Below are positions 48,314 to 61,738 of a DNA stretch of 64,000 bases, one piece after another (within the stretch, counting starts at the first letter, position 1; every line of letters starts with the position of its first letter). The notes under the pieces are model-generated. The model made no database searches. It was not told the origin of the DNA and saw only the letters and a list, made by a program, of their open reading frames with translations. Source of the stretch: Squalus acanthias (Eukaryota); assembly GCA_030390025.1 (NCBI GenBank), contig JASTWF010000093.1, forward strand, positions 1,054,001 through 1,118,000, read 5' to 3'. A program made the translations under genes and the position numbers.

Positions 48314-51300
48314 CAACGGAAGCAGCATGCTATAGACAGGGCTAAGCAATCCCACAATCAATGGATCAGATCAAAGCTCTACGGTCCTGCCACATCTAGT
48401 TGTGAATGGTGGTAGACCCTTAAACAACTAACGGGTGGAGGAGGCTCCATGAATATCCCCATCCTCAATGATGGTGGAGCCCAGCACGTGAGTGCAAAAG
48501 ACAAGGCTGAAGCGTTTGCAACCATCTTCAGCCAGAAGTGCCGAGTGGATGATCCATATCGGCCTCCTCCTGAGGTCCCCACCATCACAGAAGCCAGTCT
48601 TCAGCCAATTCGATTCACTCCACGTGATATCAAGGAACGGCTCAGCGCACTGGATACAGCAAAGGCTATGGGCCCTGACAACATCCCGGCTATCGTGCTG
48701 AAGACTTGTGCTCCAGAACTAGCTGTGCCTCTAGCCAAGCTGTTCCAGTACAGCTACAACACTGGCATCTATTCGACAATGTGGAAAACTGCCCAGGTAT
48801 GTCCTGTTCACAAAAAGCAGGACAAATCCAATCCAGCCAATTACCGCCCCATCAGTCTACTCTCAATCATCAGCAAAGTGATGGAAGGTGTCATCGACAT
48901 TGCTATCAAGCGGCACTTATTCACCAATAACCTGCTCACTGATGCCCAGTTTGGATTCCGCCAAGACCACTCAGCTCCCGACCTCATTACAGCCTTGGTC
49001 CAAACATGGACAAAGGAGCTGAATTCCAGAGGTGAGGTGAGAGTGACTGCCCTTGACATCAAGGCAGCATTTGACCGAGTGTGGCATGAAGGAGCCCAAG
49101 TAAAATTGAAGTAAATGGGAATCGGGGGGGAAAACTCTCCACTGGCTGGAGTCATACCTAGCACAAAGGAAGATGGTGGTGGTGGTTGAAGGTCAATCAT
49201 CACAGCCCCAGGACATCACTGCAGGAGGTCCTCAGGGCAGTGTCCTAGGCCCAACCATAAGAACATAAGAAATAGGAGCAGGAGTAGGCCATTTGGCCCT
49301 TCCAGCCTGCTCCGCCATTCAATGAGATCATGGCTGATCTTCTGCCTCAACTCCATTTACCGGCCCTATCGCCATATCCCTTAATGCCCTTACTAGTCAG
49401 AAATCTATCGACTTCTGTTTTGAATATACCCAATGACTGAGCCTCCACAGCCCTCTGGGGTAGAGAATTCCAAAGATTCACCACCCTCTGTGTGAAGACA
49501 TTTCTTCTCATTTCAGTCCTGAATGGCCTACCCTTTATCCTGAGGCTGTGGCCCCTGGTTCTAGACTCCCCAGCCAAGGGAAACATTCTGCCAGCATCCA
49601 CCCTATCAAGCCCTGTAATAATTTTGTGTGCGTCAATGAGATCCCCTCTCATTCTTCTGAATTCAAGAGAATACAGGCCTAGTTTACTCAATCTTTTCTC
49701 ATACAACAGTCCCGCCATCCCAGGAATCAATCTCGTGAACCTTTGTTGCACTCTCTCTATGGCAAGTATATCCTTTCTTAGGTAAGGAGACCAAAATTGT
49801 ACACAGTACTCCAGGTGTGGTCTCAGCAAGGCCCTATATAATTGGAGTAAGACTTCTTTACTCCTGTACTCAAATCCACTTGTAATGAAGGCCAGCATAC
49901 CATTTGTCTTCCTAATGGCTTGCTGCACCTGTACATTCACTTTCAGTGACTCATGTACAAGGACACACAGGTCCCTTTTGAGCATCTGCATTCCCCAATC
50001 TTTCACCATTTAGGAAATACTCTGCCTTTCTGTTTTTTTTACCAAAGTGGATAACTTCACATTTATCCACATTATATTCCATCTGCCATGTTCTCGCCCA
50101 CTCACTGAGCCTGTCGAGATCCCCTTGAAACCTCTTCACATCCTCTTCACAACTGACACTGCCACCTAGCTTTGTATCATCAGCAAATTTGGAAATGTGA
50201 CATTTAGTCCCCTCATCCAAATCATTGATATAGATTGTGAATAGCTGGGGCCCAAGCACCGATCCTTGCGGTACCCCACTAGTCACTGCCTGCCATCCCG
50301 AAAAAGACTCGGTTATCCCTACTCTTTGTTTTCTGTCTGTTAACCAATTCTCAATCCATGCTAGTATATTACCCCCAATTCCATGTGCCCTAATTTTGTT
50401 CACCAACCCCTTGTGTGGGACTTTATCGAAGGCCTTCTGAAAATCCAGATACACCACATCTACCGGTTCCCCTTTGTCTACTCCACCAGTTACATCCTCA
50501 AAGAACTCCAATAGGTTTGTTAAACAGGATTTCCCTTTCACAAAACCATGTTGACTCTGCCTAATTAGTTTCTAAGTGCCCAGTTATTGCATCCTTTATA
50601 ATAGATTCCAGCATTTTCCCACCTACTGATGTGAGGCTAACAGGTCTGTAGTTCCCCGTTTTCTCTCTCTCTCCTTTCTTAAATGGCGGGGTTACATTTG
50701 CTATCTACCAATCTGCAGGAACCATTCCAGAATCTATAGAATTTTGGAAGATGACAACCAATGCGTCCACTATCCCGATGGCCACCTCTTTCAAAACCCT
50801 AGGATGTAGGTCATCCGGTCCTTGGGATTTATTGACTTTTAGTCCCATTAATTTTGCTAGTACTGTTTTTTTACTAATAATAATTTCTTTAAGTTCCTCA
50901 TTCTTGCCACACCCTTGGTTTTCTCGTATCTGGGAGGTTTTTTGTGTCTTCCTCCATGAAGACAGAAACAAAGTATTTATTTAATTTCTCAGCCTTTTCC
51001 TCATTCCCCATTATAAATTCTCCCGTCTCTGACTGTAAAGGACCTACATTTACCTTCGCCAGTCTTTTCCTTTTCACAAACCTATAGAAGCTTTTACAAT
51101 CCATTTTTTCGCTAGTTTGAGCTCATAATCCATTTTCCCTTTCTTTATCAATTTCTTGGTCCCCCTTTGCTGATTTCTAAAAAGATCCCAATCCTCAGGC
51201 TGACTGCTTTTTCTGGCAACTTTATAAGCTTCCTCCTTTGACTTAATACTAGCTTTAATTTCTTTTGTTAGCCATGGTTGGATCACTTTTCCTTTTGGGT

Positions 51301-53658
51301 TTTTATGCCTGAGAGGAATATATGTTTGTTGCAAATTATGCATTATTTCCTTGAATGATAGCCATTATATTTCCACCTTCATACCTTTTAGTGTAGTCTC
51401 CCAATCTACCATGGCCAACTTGTCCCTCATACCCTTGTAGTTTCCTCTGTTTAGATTGACGACCTTAGTTTCAGATTAGACTACATCACTCTCAAAATTA
51501 ATGTAAAATTCAATCATATTATGGTCACTTGTCCCTAAAGGCCCCTTTACCACAAGATTATTGATTAGCCCTTTCTCATTACACAGTACCAGATCCAGAA
51601 TAGCCTGTTCCCTGGTTGGTTCCTGTACATACTGATCCAGGAAACCATCTCGCATGCATTCCAAGAATTCGTCCCCCACACCATTAGTGGTAATTTGATT
51701 TGCCCAGTCCATATGTAGATTAAAGTCCCCCATGATTACCGTATTGCCCTTGTTACATGCACTTCTAATTTCTTGATTGATACTGTGCCCTACATTACCA
51801 CTACTGTTTGGTGGCCTATACACAACTCCCAACAATGTTTTCCGCCCTTTGCTGTTTCTTAGCTCCACCCAAACTGATTTCAGTTCTACATCATGATCTG
51901 CCGAGCCAAGATCTTTTATCTCTACCATACCGATCTCATCCCTTATTAACAGCGCTACGCCACCTCCTTTTCCTTTTTATCTGTCCTTCCTAAATGTTGA
52001 GTACCCTGGAACATTCAGTTCCCAGCTTTGGTTACCCTGCAGCCATGTCTCTGTAATGGCAATTACAACATATCCATTTACTTCTATTAGTGCCATTAAT
52101 TCATCCACCTTGTTGCGAATGCTACGTGCATTTAGATAAAGTGCCTTCAACTTTGCCTGTTTAATATTTTTCTGCACTTTGACCCTCTTTACTGTTGGCC
52201 TTTGTTTCTGCTCCCTACTAGTTTTGCTGACTACTTTTCTAACTTGCACTTCCAGCTTTGTTTCTCTCCATTCTGGGCCCACACTGAGGTTCCCAGCCCC
52301 CTGACAAACTAGTTTAAATCATTCCCAACAGCACTAGCAAACCCTCCTGCGAGGATATTGGTCCCGGTTCTGCCGAGGTGTAACCCGTCCAGCTTGTACA
52401 GGTCCCGCCTTCCCCAGAATCGGTCCCAATGCCTCAGGAATTTAAATCCCTCCCTCCTACCCCATCTCTGCAGCCACGCATTCATCTGGTCTATTCTCCT
52501 ATTTCTGCTCTCGCTAGCACGTGGCACTGGGAGTATTCCTGAAATTACTACCTTTGAGGTCCTGCTTTTTAATTTATTTCCTAGCTCCCTATATTCTGCT
52601 TGCAGGACCTCGTCCCTCTTTCTACCTATGTCGTTGGTAACGATATGGACCACGACCTCTAGCTGTTCACCCTCCTCCTTCAGAATGTCCTGCAGCCGCT
52701 CAGTGACATCCTTGACCCTAGCACCAGGGAGGCAACATACCATCCTGGAGTCACATCTGCGGCCACAGAAACATCTATCTGTTCCCCTTACTATAGAATG
52801 CCCTATCACTATTGCTCTCCCACTCTTTTTCCTCCCCTCCTGTGCAGCTAAGCCACTCGTAGTGCCACGGACTTGGCTCTTGCTGCATTTCCCTGAGAAA
52901 CCATCTCCCCCAGCAGTATCCAAAACGGAAAATATGTTGGAGAGGGAGATGGACCCAGGGGACTCCTGCACTACCTTCCTACTTCTTTTACTCTGTCTGG
53001 CAAGGCCAGCATTTATTGCCCGTCCCTAACTGCCATCTTCAGCTGCTTCATCAATGACCTTCCCTCCAACATAAGGTCAGAAGTGGGGATGTTCGCTGAT
53101 GACTGCACAGTGTTCAGTGCCATTCACAACTCCTCAGATAATGAAGCAATCCATGCCCGCATGCAACAAGACCTTGACGATGTTCAGGCTTGGGCTGATA
53201 AGTGGCAGGTAACATTCGCGCCACAGAAGTGCCAGGCAATGACTATCTCCAACAAGCGAGAGTCTAACCACCGCCCCTTGACATTCAATGGCATTACCAT
53301 CGCCGAATCCCCCACCATCAACATCCTGGGGGTCACCATTGACCAGAAACTTATCTGGTCCAGCCACATAAATACTGTGGCAACAAGAGCAGGTCAGAGG
53401 CTAGGTATTCTGCAGCGAGTGTCTCACCTCCTGACTCCCCAAAGCCTTTCTACCATCTACAAGGCACAAGTAAGGATTGTGATGGAATACTCTCCACTTG
53501 CCTGGATGAGTGCAGCTCCAACAACACTCAAGAAGCTCGACATCATCCAGGACAAACAGCCCGCTTGATTGGCACCCCATCTACCACCTTAAACATTCAC
53601 TCCCTCCACCACCGGCGTACCGTGGCTGCAGTGTGTACCAGCTACAAGATGCACTGCA
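48314..53658 (+). mobile_element. Family-B LINE (48314-49258 and 53033-53658) split by a CR1
   Basis: RT motifs KAMGPDNIP, NYRPISLL, ALDIKAAFDRVWH, PQGSVLGPT | IFSCFIND, MFADD; CCAT duplicated at the split. Confidence 0.88.
49259..52998 (-). mobile_element. Near full-length CR1 LINE (ORF1 esterase 52309-52971, fragmented ORF2)
   Basis: SGNH-like IVIGHSIVRG...DGLHL; APE and RT motifs; (TTCTTATG)n tail. Confidence 0.95.
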
Positions 53659-55533
53659 AATACTGATTAAAAAATACCATCCTTAAATTCCTTTCAGAAT
53701 AATGGACCCACAAAGCCTCATAATGCTCTTTTAGTCTATAATTAAAATACTCTTTCAGATTTATTCTTCTACCCTTATAAAACAGAGCATTCCTTCATGG
53801 CACGATCGGGTGTTTTCAGAGTAGTAGGGTAGGCATCTGCTGATTGGCTTTCCCTTTACCCAAAGGCTTGCAGTCCTGTTGTCTAGTTTATGTTTCCTTT
53901 TATATTTCTTTCCCCCCTTCCCCACCTTGCTCTCTTGATCCTCAGGCTTCCCCACACACACAAACTACAAGCCCTACCCTTCATTGCCTTCCCCTTGCCT
54001 CAACCTTCAAAACTCCATCAGCTCCACCCTTCCTTACCTCGCTCACCCACTCACTCACTGCTGTAAAAACGCTGCTCCTTCCTGCCTCAAAATACACACA
54101 ATTAGGGAGCAGCTTTTTCTCCTCTCCCAGGCCCGGCTGCTTAAAACAGGCTCAAGCCCACAACCCAATTCAAGCCGCCTTTGCCCAATTCAGACCAGAA
54201 CAAGATGTGGGCCTTTCTGCACATTGATAAAAGCCGCCCGCGTGGCCCCAATTTGGCCAGCAGGCCGACCCAGCAGCAGAACGTGCTACAAGGAAATGAG
54301 CCGAGGAAAGAGAGCGAGCTCATGAGAGAGTGAGAGGGAAAGAGGGAGGGAGCGCGCACAAGCAATCAGCTAAAAAGGTTTCCAAATGAAGGCAGTGTCA
54401 GTGCAGCACCAAAGCATCAGCCGAATTTTTTGTGCTCAAGTCTCTGGAGAGGGACTTGGAACCCACAACCTTCTGACCCAGACACAAGAGTGCTACCCAC
54501 TGAGCCACGGCCGACCCTGTATGTGAGGGGCACTACAGAAATGCAGGTTGTTGTTGTCCAAGTGCCTATTCTTTTTGTGCAGCAAGTGTCGGTAAACTAT
54601 TCGACTGCGGGGTAAGCCCAACGCTACCCTTATCGGGCATCTGCACTGCAGGAGGGATCAGGAATGGGAATCTCGGATGTTTCTCTTTTGCTCCGATTGC
54701 CCAGGAAGCTGAGGTCAGTTGCATCCATTCCTGTTGACTGTTTCAGCAAGGACCTCGAAACTATCAACCCTGGGGGCTTCTTTAATTTGCACAGCTCAGC
54801 GCTACAAAAAGTGCTTGGAGACTGAGGCACTGGGGAGGTCCTGTGTCCAGCACATGTTAGGTAGTGGAGAGCTGGAAGTAATTACATGGCAGTAAACTCA
54901 TAGAGGGGTTCAGATGATGCCATAAACTCCCAGAATGAAGCTTGAGTGGTGTTTCACTCTGAGATGACATTGCAGCCTTCAAATCGTTCTGATGTACCAG
55001 TATGTTTTGTGATATTCGAACTGCAGACTTCAAGGGGTTGCTTTTATTTCTTTGAGCGTCCACTTCTTTGCTAACAGATGAAAACACTGATGTACCCTCC
55101 ACGCTGCATTGCTGAGAGTTTCTTCCCTGAAGAATTAACCACTGCAAGTACTGAATGAGAATCAACAATCGGTATACGTCTATATTACATTTCAAAGGCC
55201 AGTGGGTTATACAAAATCCAAGAAAACCAACAAACGCCAAAGGCACGGTTTACGATGATCGTGATACAAATGTCTTGTGTTGTGCAATCTGCTGCTCCCT
55301 GGAATGCATTCCATTTCTATCTCATGTTTCACCCCTTTCAAATAATTTTGCTTAGTTTTTTTGCGATTCTCATACAGACTCTACTTCATCTCATTCTTAA
55401 GAATAAAGACAGCCTCACAAGTTTAATTGGGCTTACAAGTGGTCTCACTCTTTTTGATCCTGAGCATACTAAAAGTCATGTGACATGTTTCTTGTAACTG
55501 TAACACTTACTTCTCAGGACATTTTCCTGTCAC

Positions 55534-55850
55534 TTTCGGATGAGATGTTAAACCGAGGCCCCGTCTGCTCTCTCAGGTGGACGTAAAAGATCCCATGGCA
55601 CTATTTTGAAGAGTAAGGGAGTTCTCCCCGGTGTCCTGGCCAATATTTATCCCTCAACCACCATAACAAAAACAGATTATCTGTTCATTTTCACATTGCT
55701 GTTTGTGGGAGCTTGCTGTGCACAAATTGGCTGCCGCATTTCCTACATTACAACAGTGACTCCACTTGAAAAAGTACTTCATTGGCGGCAAAGTGCTTTG
55801 GGACGTCTGGTGGTTGTGAAAGGCGCTATAGAAATGCAAGTCTTTCTTTC
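55534..55850 (+). mobile_element. Hybrid SacSINE1-like SINE
   Basis: 5' flank matches that of the 26224 copy; 3' flank matches that of the 27263-27727 copy. Confidence 0.7.
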
Positions 55851-55999
55851 CTTAAAACCTACCTCTTTGACCAAGCTTTTGGTCACCTGCCCTAATTTCT
55901 CCTCATGTGGCTCGGAGTCAAATTTTTTGTCTCATAACGCTCCTGTGAATCGCCTTGGGACGTTTTACGACATTAAAGGCGCTGTATAAATACAAGTTG

Positions 56000-58322
56000 T
56001 TTTTTATTGGTTAGCGCTTTCAGTGAACTCTTTTTGGTTCGGGTGCTAAAACAAATGATCTGTAACTAATAAAACTTTACAAATTAAATTAAAATTTTGT
56101 TGGCCGGGGTGATGATGCACTCCAGTCCCCGCGGCGCCCACCGGTCGCGGAATGCCTCGAGCGTGCCGGTGGACACCGCGTGCTCCATCTCCAGGGCCAC
56201 CCGGGCGTGAACATAGCCACGGAAGAGAGGCAGGCAATCGGGCCGAACGACCCCCTCGACCACCCACTGCCTGGAACCGTTAATGGCTACTTTGGCCAGG
56301 CCCAGGAACAGTCCCACGAGGAGGTCCTCCGACCTGCCCGCTCCCCTCCGCACCGGGTGACCAAAGATCAGGAGCGTGGGATTGAAGTGCGGCCAAAAAT
56401 CGAGGATCAGCCCCTACAAATACTGGAAGAGGGGCTGCAATCTCGCACATTCCATGTAAATATGGAAGACGGACTCCTCTAGGCCGCAGAAAAGGCAGGT
56501 GGCCTGGGAGTCCATGAACTTGTTTAAAATCTTATTGCACGGGACTGCTCGGTGCAACACCCTCCAGGCCAAGTCCCCAATAGATAAAGGGAGGACTCCC
56601 GCATAGAGAGCCCTCCATTGGGGACCTTCGCCTCCGCCGGACGGCAAGATGGCACGTCAAGGCATGTCCGGACGGCAGGCGAAGATGACAAAGTGGAGAG
56701 GGTGCAGGAGCAGCGCGTACAAGAAACCCCTCCGCGCAGAACTAAAAGGCACGGAGGGCATTTCCCCGAGACGGCTCAAGTTGTGAGGTGCCGGTTCCCG
56801 AGAGGGGTTTTGGGGCCGCGCGCCGATGAGGAATTACGTCCCAGTTCGGATGGGATCACCCCACGTGCTTGAGCCTCCTCGATACACCTAGTGCAATGAG
56901 GGCCTAGTGCCACTTTCAGCGACTCGATGACTTTGGCCGCGAGCCAGACGTCGGCCCAGGAGAGGCGCCGCGCCAACTCCTCCGGCGCCATCCAGCCCGC
57001 TCCTCCGCCATCGAGCAGGTCCCTGATTCTAGTCACCTTGCCAGGCACAGCCCTACCCTCCCGCCAGCCGCCCGAACCAGCGGTCGTGGAGGTGCGGATT
57101 CCTGAACAGCGGCTCCCGAAGGACGGCCACCATTCCTGACGGGGGAGAACGCCGCCTGGAGGCGACGCTGTTCCAGACCCATAGCAGTTCCTGGTAGAAG
57201 ACAGGCAGCTCCCACAGGTAGGCACGTGTACGGCCCAATTCCACAAACAGGAGCTGCGTGTCGTAGTTGAGGCCGTGCAGCTGGCAGAAGAAATATGTCG
57301 CCAGCGCACGCCATCTGGGAGGATTCTCAATGTACAGGTATCTCTGCAGCGTCCGAAGATGGAAAGTCGCCGCCTGGGTGCGAAGGCACACCAGCGCCTG
57401 ACCGCCCTCCCTAAGCGGGAGACTCAGAACTGCGGCAGAGACCCAGTGCTTCCTTTTGTCCCAGAAGAAGTCGATGAGCTTCTTCTGCATCTTGGCGACA
57501 AACGCAGGGGGAGGGATCAAAGTGATCAACCGGTACCACAGCATGGCGGCCACCAGCTGGTTTATGACCAGCGCTCGACCCCTGTAGGACAACACTCGGA
57601 GCAGTCCTGTCCAGCGTCCTAGGCGAGCGGTGACTTTGGCCTCCAGCTCATGCCAGTTCGCCGGCCAGGCGTCTTCGGCGGGGCAGAGGTAGACTCCCAA
57701 GTAGAGGAGGTGCATGGTGCTCCAGGCGAAGGGCCTGAACTCCTCCGGCAGGGAATCCACCTGCCATGGGCCCACCAGGAGTCCAGAACATTTTTCCCAG
57801 TTGATCTTGGCGGAGGATGCGTCCGAGTAAATCTGCTGGCATTCTCGCATCCTCCGCAAGTCGACGGGATCCGTGAACATGAGGAGCACGTCATCGGCGT
57901 AAGCCGAGAGGACGACCTCCACGCCCGGCCCTTGCAGAGACAGTCCCATCAACCTGTTCCGCAAGAGGCGCAGGAAAGGCTCCACGCAGACGGCGTATAA
58001 CTGACCGGACATGGGGCATCCCTGACGTACCCCCCTCCCGAAGCGAAGGGGCGCCGTCAAAGACCCGTTGACTTTTATCAGTCACTCCGCGGCGGCGTAC
58101 AGAAGTCGGATCCGGGCGACGAAATGCTTCGGCAAGTCCTCCCACAAAACTCTGCGCGCATCCTCGCTGGACGGATCCAGCGAGAACAGAGCCCCGTAAT
58201 AGGCCCGGGCCTCCGCGCTGATTCCCTTCGGATCCGAGACCAGAGATCCGTCGTCGGCCAGCAGCCCCAAGAGCTGCTTACGGACCCCCCGTCTTTTTTC
58301 CAGCGAGTAGAAGAAGGGGGAG
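56000..58322 (-). mobile_element. Tx1/L1-clade non-LTR retrotransposon, 5'-truncated, internally deleted
   Basis: RGVRQGCPMSG, SAYADD, AKINWEK, YLG, C-terminal CLFCGLEESVFHIYMEC zinc finger; GC-rich. Confidence 0.9.
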
Positions 58323-59039
58323 CACTCTGAAATCAGGTGTAAGTTAAGAGTCAACCACATTACTGTGTGTCTGGAGTCACATATAGGCCAGACCGGGTAA
58401 GGTCGGCAGATTTCCTTTCCTAAAGGACATTAGTGAACCAGATGGGTTTTTATGACAATCCGACAGTTTCTTGGTTACCATTATTGATACTAGCTTTTTT
58501 ACTCCAGATGTATTTAATTAACTGGAGCTCAATTTACCAGAGAAGGTGAAGAGTATATCAGAGGTCCTTACCACTTTGGGATTTCTACCCTTTACAAACC
58601 AATACAGTATATGGGATGAGGCATGATAATTTGCCTCTTTCCCCCAGTCTATCCCGCCGGGACACAGTGATTTTCTCCCTTAACCGAGCAACAGAACACG
58701 CGACAGTAATGGCAAATTACTACAGGAGAAGGAGTGACCATGCATGCCCTATGCACATTAGTAACTGCATTTCAAGGGATCAAGGGATATGGGGAGAAAG
58801 CAGGGACAGGGTACTGAATTTGGATGATCAGCCATGATCTCATTAAATGGCGGAGCAGGCTCGAGGGGCCGAATGGCCTACTCCTGCTCCTATCTTCTAT
58901 GCTTATATGTTTCTATTTGGCTGCTCAGTGCTTCCTTGGTTTCTTATGGTCCTTACTGTCGTGGTTACTGGTATTTGACACTGAACTTTTTTTTTAAAAA
59001 GGCCACTGACCAAGTGATATTTCATCAATGATTTAATTA

Positions 59040-59452
59040 AAAGAAAGACTTGCATTTATATAGCGCCTTTCACGACCACCAGACATCTCAAAGCACTTTA
59101 CAGTCAATGAAGTACTTTTGAAGTGGAGTTGCTGTTGTAATGTGAGAAAGTTAGTGACAGAGATAAAGACACAGCAGCCAAATTTGCACACAAGCCCCCA
59201 CAAACAGCAATGTGATAATGACCAGATAATTCCCCTGCTCTTCTTCGAAATAGTGCCACGGGATCTTTTACATCCACTTGAGAGAGCAGACGAGGCCTCG
59301 GTTTAACGTCTGATCCGAAAGACAGCACCTCCAACAGTGCAGCACTCCCCTGGGAGTGTCAGTCTAGATTTTTGCGCCCAAGTCTCTGGAGTGGGATTGA
59401 ACCCACAACCTTCTGACGCAGAGGCGAGGGTGCTACATACTGAGCCACAGCT
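59040..59452 (-). mobile_element. SacSINE1-like Deu-SINE
   Basis: Head, core and tail present. Confidence 0.8.
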
Positions 59453-59783
59453 GAGGTATACTTCTCCTATCGGACTGTGTACAATATCAAAGGACAAGTC
59501 CAAAATGACGACAATAGCAACTGGTGTATTACTCAGCACATTGATTAAATCTCACATGCAATAGGCCCCCAGCAATGTCATCCTCTCTCCAAAGCTTGAC
59601 CTGCAGGCCAGCTATCTTTTTCCCCTCCAAAAAACAGAGGGAGCAAGGTGAACAGCTTTATTTCATAATTCTGTATATTATAGGCTACAACAAGTAAACG
59701 ATTAACCACCCCAGGACACAGCTCAACTGGGGATGCCAATTCTGATTTGAAGTATTCCTGGAGATTTGATCACGTGACACACG

Positions 59784-60217
59784 TGTGGCTCAGTTGGTAG
59801 CACCCGCGTCAGAAGGTTGTGGGTTCAAGTCCCACTCCAGAGACTTGAGCGCAAGAATCTAGGCTGACACTCCAGTGCAGTGCTGAGGGAGTGCCGCACT
59901 GTCGGAGGTGCCGTCTTTCAGATGAGACTTTAAACTGAGGCCCCCTCTGCGCTCTCAGCTGGATGTAAAAGATCCCGTGGCACTATTTCGAAGAAGAGCA
60001 GGGGAGTTATCCCCGGTGTCTTGGGGCCAATATTTACCCCTCAATCAACATAACTAAAACAGATTATCTGGTATTATCACATTGCTGTTTGTGGGAGCTT
60101 GCTGTGCACAAATTGGCTGCCACATTCCAACAGTGACTACACTTCAAAAAGTGCTTCATTGGCTGTAAAGCACTCTGGGATGTCCCGAAAGGCGCTATAT
60201 AAATGAAAGTCTTTCTT
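59784..60217 (+). mobile_element. SacSINE1-like Deu-SINE
   Basis: Head, core and tail present. Confidence 0.8.
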
Positions 60218-60599
60218 TTCTCTCGTGATGCTTAACCACATGGCATTTGCCCACTATTTACAAATGTTACTGCATTTCCCTCAGAATCACCAACACCACC
60301 CCCCTCCAATCCCCATCCATCCTCCATAAAATACTTGCAATCCCGGCTCCCAGTGGGGATTTGTGCCTCGCAGGGAGTGAGGGTCAGAGGATTGGGGCTA
60401 CAGTGCAACAGCTCAAATCCCCAACCTCTGCTCCCTTCCAGCGTGGCGTTCCTCCAGGAGCACAGAATCTGCTATTTACACAAGGCAAAGGACATTCTGC
60501 ATGTTTATGCCGATGCCACCTTAACAAATGTGATTACATTCAGGAAGCTTTTTAATGCTCTTTCTTTCACTTCTAATAATTCACTCACAATAAAGACAT

Positions 60600-61738
60600 T
60601 TTTCAAGGCATTCACCCAGCCGCTGGTGGGTGGGGAATTTCAGAAATCCCCACCGAACAAAGCAGAGGAGGTATTTGCCACTGTGCCCTCCGCGCCACCC
60701 AGCTATTCGGCAACCTGGGTAAGGAAGGAAGTGGTAGAAGTAGAGGAAGAGCCCCCTGAGGTAGAAGTGAAGCCGGGACCGTTGTGTCCGGTCACGGGTA
60801 TCAAGAGGGGCCCGAACGGAGCAGGTGGGGCAGAGGGGGATCTCCTCAACCAGCTTGTGTTGCCTCACAGCTCACACCAGCTGAGGGCTATGATCAGTCA
60901 CGTACGGAAGCTGGCCGAGTCAGACGACCCTTCCGTACATTTCAGGGAGGTAGAGCAAACCGCAGCCATTAACGGCTGCGACGATGGGGAAAAAGCAAAA
61001 ATGCTGTTGTTCTCATTAGACAGCTCGATCCTTCAGTGTCTCTCAGACGAGAGCAAGAGGGGAAATAATACCTATGGGGAATTGAGGGACGAGGTCCTGG
61101 AAGTGTTGGGAGCGGACGATGAAGGTCCGTTCGTTAGATTGGGACAAACAGTGCAGATGGAGGGAGAACCCCCGAAGGTTTTCGCCGACAGGCTGTGGCC
61201 AGTATATCAACGTAGCTGCCCAGGCGCGCCAGCGCATCACCGCCTAGACAGTGTCGGTTTAACTCATTGGCTCAGGTGTGTAGTAACCAACAGTTTGCCA
61301 GCCGTCAGGGAGCAGGCCAAAGCGTGGTTTGATCCCACTAACCCCGCCACAACAGAGGAGTCGGTCCTAAATCGACTCACGGTAGGGTACCATAATACCA
61401 GGAGTGCGGGAGCACGTCCCCTTAAGGGAAAGGTGCATGAGGCGCGGCCCACAGCCCCGGCTCAAAAGGAGTGGCATCAGGAGGGAAATCGCGTCCCACA
61501 GGCCAGTAATGCTTGTTTCGGATGCGGAAAGACAGGGCACTGGCGCAAGAACTGCAGGAATCCTTGGAAGGAGTCCAGGGATAAAAATCCCACAGTCCGA
61601 GCCCAGGCGCCTGTCTCTGATAGGGAAGCTGGTGCACCTATCCATCCCGATGCGATAGAATCAATGTTGGGAGCCATGCGGTCTCTTATGATTTCGCACG
61701 GAAAGGTAGCAACAGCCCCGTCCGCCGGTACCCAATGA
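60600..61738 (+). CDS. gag: 5'-truncated Gag (capsid-like region + CCHC nucleocapsid) of an LTR retroelement/ERV
   Basis: PSAPPSY late-domain-like motif, DPSVHFREVEQTAAINGCDDGEKAKMLLFSL, QMEGEPPKVFADRL (MHR-like), CFGCGKTGHWRKNC; the first about 90 codons of ORF 60335 are host DNA. Confidence 0.85.

Noticed and set aside
60335-60599. N-terminal 90 aa of the 467-aa ORF as part of Gag
   Set aside because: TTG start; the DNA is paralogous to non-coding host sequence at 13.7-13.9 kb.
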